In this document: positions 49,841 to 57,049 of the stretch, in pieces
How the letters are laid out: each line of letters opens with the position of its first letter
How positions within the stretch are numbered: the first letter of the stretch is position 1
DNA from: Lysobacterales bacterium
Lineage (GTDB): Bacteria > Pseudomonadota > Gammaproteobacteria > Xanthomonadales > Xanthomonadaceae
Length of the DNA: 57,049 nt
Reading direction: 5' to 3'
Assembly (NCBI GenBank): GCA_038213095.1
Contig: JBBQTR010000001.1
Coordinates: forward strand, 1 to 57,049
Notes under the pieces: generated by a model
Told to the model about the DNA's origin: nothing
Database searches by the model: none
The model's input: only the letters and a program-made list of their open reading frames with translations
Program-made: the position numbers and the translations under genes

Positions 49841-52800
49841 ATGGAACCGCGGCGTCCCATGCAATGGCTGTCGGCAGTTCTGCTGTCCGCCCTGCTGTTG
49901 CCGACGCTGCTGCTGTCCACGATGTTGCTGGTCTCGGCGCCGGCGTGGGCATTGAAGCCGGACAAATCGTTCACCCATTACGTGCTCAATACCTGGTCGA
50001 TCCAGGATGGACTGCCGCAGATCACTGCATTGAGCCTGGCACAGGATCGCGTTGGCTACTTGTGGGTCGGCACGCAAGACGGTCTGGCGCGATTCGATGG
50101 CGTCCGCTTCGTGACCTATACCCCGGAAGATACTCCAGCCCTGCCCGGTATCTGGATCGGTGCACTGCTGTCTGATCGCCGTGGGCGGCTGTGGGTCGGC
50201 ACTTACAAAGGACTGGCGTTCTATGACGGCCAGCAGTTCCACAAAGTCAATGCAGCCGATCCGGCGCTTTATCCATCGCTGAATGTCGTCGCGTTGATCG
50301 AGCAGGCCAATGGTCAAATCATCGTGGGCACGACCGAAGGCGTGTTTCGCGTGGTTGATGACCGGCTGGTGCACGTCACCGGACCCAAGCCGGCATTGAG
50401 CCTGCTTTCGCGCCAGGATGGCCTGTGGGTCAGCAGTACTGGTGTGGTGCAACGCATTGCCGCGAACGGTGCAACCGTAAGTTTGCCATTACCCACCGAT
50501 GCCAGCAGTGCGGCAGTGTCCCGCCTGACCGACGCGCAGGGTCGATTGTGGGCAGGAACTTCGCAGGGATTATTCGCACTGATGGGCGATGGTTGGCATC
50601 GCGTCCAGGCCAACCCGGCTTTTGATCACTCGCCGGTCACTGCATTGCTGCCCGATCACGATGCGAACCTGTGGGTCGGCAGCAATGCCGGATTGGCGCG
50701 TTTCCGCAATGGCGCGCTGACCGAGTTCATTCCCGACAGCAACCCGCGCGCCTTTGCACAGGTGATCTCGGCCATGGAGGATCGCGAGGGAAATCTCTGG
50801 CTCGGCAGCCAGCTCAACGGACTGGCCCGGTTGTGGAATGGCTGGACGCGACGCTACAGCGTCGGCGAGGGGCTGAACGATCGCATCGTGTGGTCACTGT
50901 CGCCCGATCCCGACGGCCAACGCATCTGGGTCGGCAGCAACGACGGTTTGAGCCTGTTCGACCAGGGCCATTTCAACCTGGTGGTGCCCGGGAATGCCTT
51001 GCCGCATCCGCATGGGTACAACGTCCTGGCGGAAACCGTCGGAAAAGGGGAGACGGGAATAGGGAATCGGAAAAGCGGCGGTAGCCACGAGTCCACGACT
51101 TCAACAACGCCGGGTTCGCACAGCAATTCTTCGACGACGTCCGGCTCCCGGCCCTCCACTTCCGACTCCCAGGTCTGGATCGGCACGAGGCGCGGTCTTG
51201 TGTTGTGGCGCGACGGCCAAGTGCGCTCGCCACCGGAACTGGCGCCGATGGCTCGTGCGCAGATCAATGGCATCGTCCGCACTGCTGATGGCATGTGGTT
51301 TCCAACGACTGATGGCTTGTTTCACCTGGTCGACGGCAAGATGCAACACATCGGGCCAGCAGAGGGATTGCAGGACCCGCGTGTGCGGGTCATGGCTTTC
51401 GACAAGGACGGGCAAGTCCTGCTCGGGACGCAATCGGGTCTTTGGGAATTGCGCGATGGCAAAGCGCTCAGGCCGCTGCTGCAAGCCGGGTTACCACCGG
51501 ATATCGACGTGTCGGCTTTGCTGCGCTTACGCGATGGCCGGCTGGTGATCGGCTCTTTGTCGGAACGTCTTTTGATCCTTGCCGGGAATGCTTGGCATAC
51601 CCTTGGGCCGAAGCAGGGCCTACCAGCCAATTCGCCATTCTTCCTTGACGAAGATGACCATGGGTGGCTCTGGATCGCGGGCATTCGCGGCGTCAGCCGG
51701 GTCCGCGTGGCGGATTTGCCAACCGGGGCCGACGGCGCGACGACACGCAACGTGCATGGCGAGCTCGTCCTCAACGAGCGCGGTGATCCCAACGCCGGGC
51801 AGCAGGGTTTCTGCTGCAACGGCGCCGGTATGTCGAAAGGATTCATGCGCGACGAAGTGCTGTGGTTGCCATCACGCGATGGCGTGGTGGCGCTGGACAC
51901 GCGCGAGATCCTGCGCAATGCCGTGCCACCGGTGGTGCTGATTGAACGGTTGCACACGCCGCAAGGCTGGCACCCGTTATCGACATCCCGGGTGGCTCGC
52001 ATGGTATTGCCGGCATCGGCGCGCGATCTGGGTTTTGAGTTCACCGCGTTGAGTTTCCAGGACCCGGACAGCGTGCAATTGCGCTATCGACTGCAAGGCT
52101 ACGACACGGGCTGGCATCGGCTGGAAGACTCGCGGCGGCGCAGCGCCAACTACACCAACCTGCCGCCGGGCAATTACACCTTCGAGGTAATTGGCGCCAA
52201 CAATGCCGGCGTTTGGAATCCGCATCCGGCGCTCTTGCGGTTCCGTATCCAGCCGCTGTTCTACGAAACCTGGATCTTCCGCGCATTGCTTGCCGCATTG
52301 CTGGTGATGCTGCTCTATGCCGGCTATCGCCAGCAGCTGCAGCGCCATTCGCGACAACGCACGGAACTCGAATCCCTGGTGCAGGAGCGTACGCGCGAAT
52401 TGCACGCGGCCAATGCTCGGCTGGAGAAAGCCAGCCAGACAGATCCACTGACGGGTCTGCGAAACCGCCGTTACCTGGCCAACCAGCTTCCCGCCGACCT
52501 TGCGTATTACGACCGCGAACGCAAACGTGTTGGCGGCTATGACCAGGTCCTCGTGTTCGCACTTGTGGACCTGGACTTCTTCAAATCCGTCAATGACCTG
52601 CACGGCCACAAGGCCGGCGACCAGGTGTTACTGCAGGTCGCGCAGGTGCTTGGATCGCTGGCGCGAAGCAGCGATTACCTGGCACGCTGGGGTGGCGAGG
52701 AATTCCTGCTGGTGTTCCGCCCGATGGAAGGCCGCTTCCTCGAAACCATTGGTCACCGAATCCGCACCGCCGTGTCGACCCATGACTTCGACATCGGCCT

Positions 52801-53113
52801 CTCGCAGCCACTGCACCTGACGTGTTCGGTCGGATTGTCCGAATACCCGTTGTTCCGCGACGCCCAGCAAGGCCTGGGTTGGGAACAGATGGTCGAACTC
52901 GCGGATGCGGCGCTGTACTGGGTCAAGCAGCACGGCCGTGACGGCTGGGCTGCGTTTCGTCCGACGCTCCACACCGACCTTGCGACGCTGATGCGCGACC
53001 TGCAGCTGGGTGTCGCCGACCTGGTCCAAGCCGACCGTCTGCAACTGCTGACCTCCCGTCCGCTGCCCGATACGCCCACGCCGGATGCATCTTCGCCGGA
53101 TCTGCCGCAATGA
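49841..53113 (+). CDS. Ligand-binding beta-propeller (Reg_prop) + Y_Y_Y + GGDEF diguanylate cyclase
   Basis: Repeated DxxGxLWxGT propeller blades, YTNLPPGNYTFEV, one TM segment, TDPLTGL, RSSD I-site and RWGGEEF. Confidence 0.92.
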   Translation: MEPRRPMQWLSAVLLSALLLPTLLLSTMLLVSAPAWALKPDKSFTHYVLNTWSIQDGLPQITALSLAQDRVGYLWVGTQDGLARFDGVRFVTYTPEDTPALPGIWIGALLSDRRGRLWVGTYKGLAFYDGQQFHKVNAADPALYPSLNVVALIEQANGQIIVGTTEGVFRVVDDRLVHVTGPKPALSLLSRQDGLWVSSTGVVQRIAANGATVSLPLPTDASSAAVSRLTDAQGRLWAGTSQGLFALMGDGWHRVQANPAFDHSPVTALLPDHDANLWVGSNAGLARFRNGALTEFIPDSNPRAFAQVISAMEDREGNLWLGSQLNGLARLWNGWTRRYSVGEGLNDRIVWSLSPDPDGQRIWVGSNDGLSLFDQGHFNLVVPGNALPHPHGYNVLAETVGKGETGIGNRKSGGSHESTTSTTPGSHSNSSTTSGSRPSTSDSQVWIGTRRGLVLWRDGQVRSPPELAPMARAQINGIVRTADGMWFPTTDGLFHLVDGKMQHIGPAEGLQDPRVRVMAFDKDGQVLLGTQSGLWELRDGKALRPLLQAGLPPDIDVSALLRLRDGRLVIGSLSERLLILAGNAWHTLGPKQGLPANSPFFLDEDDHGWLWIAGIRGVSRVRVADLPTGADGATTRNVHGELVLNERGDPNAGQQGFCCNGAGMSKGFMRDEVLWLPSRDGVVALDTREILRNAVPPVVLIERLHTPQGWHPLSTSRVARMVLPASARDLGFEFTALSFQDPDSVQLRYRLQGYDTGWHRLEDSRRRSANYTNLPPGNYTFEVIGANNAGVWNPHPALLRFRIQPLFYETWIFRALLAALLVMLLYAGYRQQLQRHSRQRTELESLVQERTRELHAANARLEKASQTDPLTGLRNRRYLANQLPADLAYYDRERKRVGGYDQVLVFALVDLDFFKSVNDLHGHKAGDQVLLQVAQVLGSLARSSDYLARWGGEEFLLVFRPMEGRFLETIGHRIRTAVSTHDFDIGLSQPLHLTCSVGLSEYPLFRDAQQGLGWEQMVELADAALYWVKQHGRDGWAAFRPTLHTDLATLMRDLQLGVADLVQADRLQLLTSRPLPDTPTPDASSPDLPQ
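51040..51171. repeat. In-frame insertion bounded by inverted heptamer arrays
   Basis: GGGAGAC-GGGAATA-GGGAATC-GG (51048-51070). On the opposite strand, GGGAGTC-GGAAGTG-GAGGGCC-GGGAGCC-GG (51141-51170). Confidence 0.6.
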
Positions 53114-55347
53114 ACGCCATCAGCAGCCCGGCATCGCGTAATGCCGGTTTGGCCCTGGCCTTCATGGCCGCCTTCCTTGGCTGTGTCGCCTTCGCCCACC
53201 AGACCGTCGCATCGCCCGGCGACGTGGCCTTGTACTGGCCCGCTTCAGGAGCGGCGCTCGCGCTGGTCGTGCTGCGCGGCTGGCGCTGGGCATTGCTGGT
53301 GCCCCTGTCGCTGTTGCTGGTGCAGCTGGCGCTCGATCCGGTGCCGGCCGCGTTTTTACCGTACTGGATGCTTGCAGGGTTTGCGGGCACCCTGGCCGGC
53401 GGCTGGCTTGCTGGTCTCACCCTTCGAGGCGACTTGACCGCACGGCCGGGCACCGTTCGTTACGGTTTCCATATCCTGTTTGGCGGCGTGCTGATGGCGG
53501 CGATCGGCGGCCTGATCGGCGGGTTCGGCATGTGGCAGGCGGGTCTGATCAAGACACCCGAACTGCTTGATGCGCAATTGCGGTGGGCTCTGGGGGACCT
53601 GCTGGGCATCGCCAGCGTGACGCCCGCGCTGATGTTGGCGGCAGAGGCCTGGCCGCACCGGCGAAAACCGCGCCGCGACCACCCCGGAGGCGACGGCGAA
53701 GCGCTGCTGTGGAATGTCGCACTGGTCACCAGCTTCCTGCTGATGGCGTGGGGGATGAGCCTGAGTCGTGACTTCGCACTCGGCCTGTCGAGCCTGCCGT
53801 TGGCGGTGATGATGTGGAGCGCGCTGCGCTTCACTTCGTTGCGCACGGCGTTGTCGGTATTGGTGACGGTTGCCCTGATCACCAGTTTTTCCGGTTTCGG
53901 ACTGATGGGGCTGCATCCGGCGCGCGGCACGCTGGACGTCGCCATCCTGCTGGTCTACCTGTGCCTGCTGGCCATCCTGCCAATCGTGCTTGCCATGACG
54001 GTCAACCAGCACCGGGCAGTCGCGCGCAGCCTGTTGCGTCGCGCCAGCACGGACCATCTGACCGGCCTGCCCAATCGCAGCACATTCGAGACCCTGGTCC
54101 AGCTGGCGCTGCGCGATCCCGCCAATGTGCCGTTGGCACTGGCATATCTGGACCTGGACAACCTCAAGCTGGTCAACGACACCGCCAGCCATCAGGTTGG
54201 CGATGCCCTGATCCGGTCCGTGGCCGTTGGCCTGCGCGCACAGATGCGCGGCGGCGATGTGCTCGGCCATCTTGGTGGCGACGAATTCGTCGTGCTGCTC
54301 CACAACGCCACGCCAACCATCGCCCGCGAACGAGCGCAGGGGTTGCTGCACGCCGTCCAGAACAGCCGTCATGAAGCCACCGAGGAGCAATACGACATGA
54401 CCGCCAGCATCGGGTTGGTGCCATTCCAGCCCGAGCAGGTCGACTTTGCCGAAGTCCTGTCGCAGGCCGATGCCGCCTCCTTCAACGCCAAGGAACTGGG
54501 CGGTAATCGCGTCTGTGTCGCCGGTGCGATGGGTGGCGCGATGGCCGATCCGACATCCGGCATGCGCTGGACCGTGCGGATCCGCGAGGCACTGCAGCAG
54601 CAGGGATTCCTGCTGTACGCGCAATCAATCGCGCCCCTGCACCCGGGCATGGAAACCGGCGCGCACTTCGAATTGCTGCTGCGCATGCGCGATACCGGTG
54701 GCGGCCCGCCGCACCTGCCCGAACGGTTCATCCCTGCTGCCGAGCGGTTCCAGCTGTCGGTGCGGATCGACCGGGAAGTGGTCCGCCTGGCGCTTGATCG
54801 CCTGGAAGCGGAGCCGCACGCGGCATCGCGCGTGGCGATGTGCGCGATCAACCTGTCTGCGGCAACATTGATGGATGAAGGCTTCGTCGGGTTCGTCGGC
54901 GAACGGTTGCATCGCGGTAGCTTCCCTGCCGATCGCCTGTGCTTTGAGCTCACCGAAACCAGCGCGATGCGCGACCCTGCGCGCGCGCAACGCGTGATCG
55001 ATGAATTGCGCGCACTTGGATGCCGGTTCGCCCTGGACGACTTCGGCACGGGTTTTTGCTCGTTCGGTCACCTGCGCGCGCTGGATGTCGATTTCATCAA
55101 GATCGACGGAAGCTTCGTGCGCGACATGCAGACCTCATCGCTGTCGGCAGAGGTCGTCCGTTCGATCACCCGCATCGCGCATCTGCTGCACAAACGCACG
55201 ATTGCCGAGCACACTGAAACCGAATCGGTGCGGGACGCGTTGATGACGCTTGGCGTGGACTATGCACAGGGATTCGCCATCGACCGGCCGCAGCCGCTCG
55301 ATGTGTACCTGGCGGCGCTTGACGCGAAGGCCATCACCACTTTGTAG
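53110..55347 (+). CDS. MASE1-GGDEF-EAL c-di-GMP signalling protein
   Basis: WPASG and LGDLLG MASE1-like TM region, HLGGDEF, ELLLR, FELTE, DDFGTG and IKIDGSFV. ATGA overlap with the upstream gene. Confidence 0.9.
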   Translation: MNAISSPASRNAGLALAFMAAFLGCVAFAHQTVASPGDVALYWPASGAALALVVLRGWRWALLVPLSLLLVQLALDPVPAAFLPYWMLAGFAGTLAGGWLAGLTLRGDLTARPGTVRYGFHILFGGVLMAAIGGLIGGFGMWQAGLIKTPELLDAQLRWALGDLLGIASVTPALMLAAEAWPHRRKPRRDHPGGDGEALLWNVALVTSFLLMAWGMSLSRDFALGLSSLPLAVMMWSALRFTSLRTALSVLVTVALITSFSGFGLMGLHPARGTLDVAILLVYLCLLAILPIVLAMTVNQHRAVARSLLRRASTDHLTGLPNRSTFETLVQLALRDPANVPLALAYLDLDNLKLVNDTASHQVGDALIRSVAVGLRAQMRGGDVLGHLGGDEFVVLLHNATPTIARERAQGLLHAVQNSRHEATEEQYDMTASIGLVPFQPEQVDFAEVLSQADAASFNAKELGGNRVCVAGAMGGAMADPTSGMRWTVRIREALQQQGFLLYAQSIAPLHPGMETGAHFELLLRMRDTGGGPPHLPERFIPAAERFQLSVRIDREVVRLALDRLEAEPHAASRVAMCAINLSAATLMDEGFVGFVGERLHRGSFPADRLCFELTETSAMRDPARAQRVIDELRALGCRFALDDFGTGFCSFGHLRALDVDFIKIDGSFVRDMQTSSLSAEVVRSITRIAHLLHKRTIAEHTETESVRDALMTLGVDYAQGFAIDRPQPLDVYLAALDAKAITTL

Positions 55348-55378
55348 GATGGGTAGAGCGCAGCGAAACCCGTCCTAC
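55344..55378. repeat. GTAG-type REP palindrome
   Basis: GTAGGATGGGT-AGAGCGCAGCGAA-ACCCGTCCTAC; starts with GTAG on both strands. Confidence 0.7.
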
Positions 55379-56493
55379 GTTCTTCGCATGATCCGCAGCA
55401 CATCGTCCAGCAGCGCCGCAGCGGTCACATTCGCACCCGCACCTGGCCCCTGGATGACCAACGGCTGGTGGCGATAACGACAACTGTGGATGGCGACGCG
55501 ATTGTCCGTCCCGTTGCCGCCACACAATGGATGCACCATCGGCAGCGCGCGCAAGCCAACGCTTGCATGGCAGCCATTTGCACCGACTTCGAACCGCCCG
55601 ACGAAACGCAGCCTCGCACCATCGCGGTATGCCTGCTGGAAACGCGCGCGCATGGGCGCATCGAGTGCAGGCAATCGCGCGTCGAGCACGGCGGCCGGAA
55701 CTCGAGCCAGGGACGCAGGCACCAGCGAATCGACGTCAATAGCGTCGTCCTGCAAATCCAATCCGGCGACCCGGGCCAGGATCAGCAGTTTGCGGCGCAC
55801 GTCCTCACCGCTGAGGTCGATGCGAGGATCAGGCTCGGTATACCCGGCCGTGGCCGCTTCTCGCACGAAACCGGAAAACGGACGCATCCCGTCGAAGCGA
55901 TCGAACAACCACGCCAGCGAACCCGAAAGCACGCCTTCAACGCGATGGATGCGATCACCGCCCGCCGTCAGTTGTCGCAACGAGCGCAGCAATGGCAACC
56001 CGGCGCCGACCGTGGCGCTGTCGCCGTAACAAGCGCCTGATTCGCACTGCGCTCGCGCGATCGACCGGGCGCGGGCAAGATGGGCGCCGTTTCCGAGTTT
56101 GTTGGCAGTGACCACGTGGATGCCGCTGGCCAGCCACGTCGCGTGTCGTGCAGCAACCGCCTCGCTGGCCGTCGCATCGACGACGACATCACCCCGCGAC
56201 AGCGCCATGGCATTGAACGCGATACTGGTACCGGAAGGGTGCGCATACGGCAAACCTTCGGCGGCATGCAACGCCCGCATCGGGTCATCTGCGCAGGCGC
56301 TGATGCCACGCGAATTCACAAGTGCATCGAAGCATGGCAACCCCATCCCATCCGCCACCAATCGACCATAGCGGTGGACGAACGCTGTGCCGACGGTCCC
56401 GGTGCCCAGCAGCACCAACCGTCGCGTTGCCTGCCCGACGGCATAGGGCGATGGGTGGTGGAGACGTGTCGGATGCGCCAGCCGTGTGTTCAT
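55375..56493 (-). CDS. Homoserine dehydrogenase (stand-alone, MetL-like)
   Basis: LLGTGTVG, HVVTANK, TVGAGLP, GYTEPDPR.DLSG.DV.RKLLILAR and QGPGAG..VTA. ATGA overlap with metB. Confidence 0.92.
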   Translation of the reverse strand: MNTRLAHPTRLHHPSPYAVGQATRRLVLLGTGTVGTAFVHRYGRLVADGMGLPCFDALVNSRGISACADDPMRALHAAEGLPYAHPSGTSIAFNAMALSRGDVVVDATASEAVAARHATWLASGIHVVTANKLGNGAHLARARSIARAQCESGACYGDSATVGAGLPLLRSLRQLTAGGDRIHRVEGVLSGSLAWLFDRFDGMRPFSGFVREAATAGYTEPDPRIDLSGEDVRRKLLILARVAGLDLQDDAIDVDSLVPASLARVPAAVLDARLPALDAPMRARFQQAYRDGARLRFVGRFEVGANGCHASVGLRALPMVHPLCGGNGTDNRVAIHSCRYRHQPLVIQGPGAGANVTAAALLDDVLRIMRRT

Positions 56494-57049
56494 CTCCCTG
56501 CCCGCTCGCATCGCACCTCGCTGTCCACGGCCTCGATGCGTGCGAGTGCCGCGCAGAGATCCGCCTGCAGATCGTCCAATGCCTCGATGCCGACCGACAG
56601 GCGCAGCAAGCCATCGGAGATCCCGGCTGCGGCACGAGCTTCGGGAGACATCGCCGCATGCGTCATCGTCGCCGGATGCGCGATCAGGCTTTCCACGCCG
56701 CCGAGCGATTCGGCCAGGGTGATGTAGCGCAATCCATCAAGGAATGCGCGAACCGCGTGCAGGGAATCGTCGTGCACACCAGCGTCCAGTTCGAAGCTCA
56801 GCATTGCGCCGAAACCGCGCTGCTGCCGCGAGGCCAGTGCATGCCCCGGATGCGATACGAGTCCCGGAAAGTGCACCGCCGACACAACCGGATGCGCCTG
56901 CAGCAACGCGGCAATTGCGCAGGCATTTTCCTGGTGCACCCGCAGCCGTGCGTCCAGCGTGCGCAGCCCGCGCAGGGTGAGGAAGCTGTCGAACGGCGAT
57001 CCGGTGAGCCCGAGCGCATTCGCCCACCAGCCGAGCTGCGCGTGCAGTT
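56490..57049 (-). CDS. metB: Cystathionine gamma-synthase (5'-truncated by window edge)
   Basis: Frame is open to the window end (WWANALGLTGSPFDSFLTLRGLRTL). Motifs GFGAMLSF, LAESLGGVESL..HPATMTH and LLRLSVGIE. Confidence 0.9.
   Translation of the reverse strand, partial: LHAQLGWWANALGLTGSPFDSFLTLRGLRTLDARLRVHQENACAIAALLQAHPVVSAVHFPGLVSHPGHALASRQQRGFGAMLSFELDAGVHDDSLHAVRAFLDGLRYITLAESLGGVESLIAHPATMTHAAMSPEARAAAGISDGLLRLSVGIEALDDLQADLCAALARIEAVDSEVRCERAGR

Overview
GC-rich chromosomal segment whose gene content and order look like Lysobacteraceae/Xanthomonadales (pntAA/pntAB/pntB split by an ECF sigma cluster, sufT, pip-prmC, glnS, sdaA, metB-hom). The most unusual part is a ~15 kb accessory block (643-15510) between an asparaginase gene and sufT. 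It holds four co-oriented genes for large secreted proteins. One is a recognisable M4 metalloprotease. The other three carry protease-type C-terminal modules (PPC or P-domain) on uncharacterised N-terminal domains: an EXORDIUM/Phi-1-like HExxE domain, a 'GDP...RWGDY' domain and an Asp-box beta-propeller. The block also encodes a DUF4097-like lipoprotein, an I78-type protease-inhibitor lipoprotein and a TonB-dependent receptor. Three of its transcription units share a ~65-bp upstream motif, and four genes end in the same terminator family, suggesting a co-regulated degrade-and-import locus. Elsewhere: a Fur-boxed FTR1-cupredoxin-beta-barrel iron-uptake operon, oxyR divergent from ahpC-ahpD, an Lhr helicase, three GGDEF proteins (one with an in-frame heptamer-repeat insertion), a secreted His/Arg-rich 11-residue-repeat protein heading the ECF cluster, and REP-like elements. 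No rRNA, tRNA, CRISPR array, integrase or transposase was recognised. All family calls come from motif recognition by eye, not from database searches.
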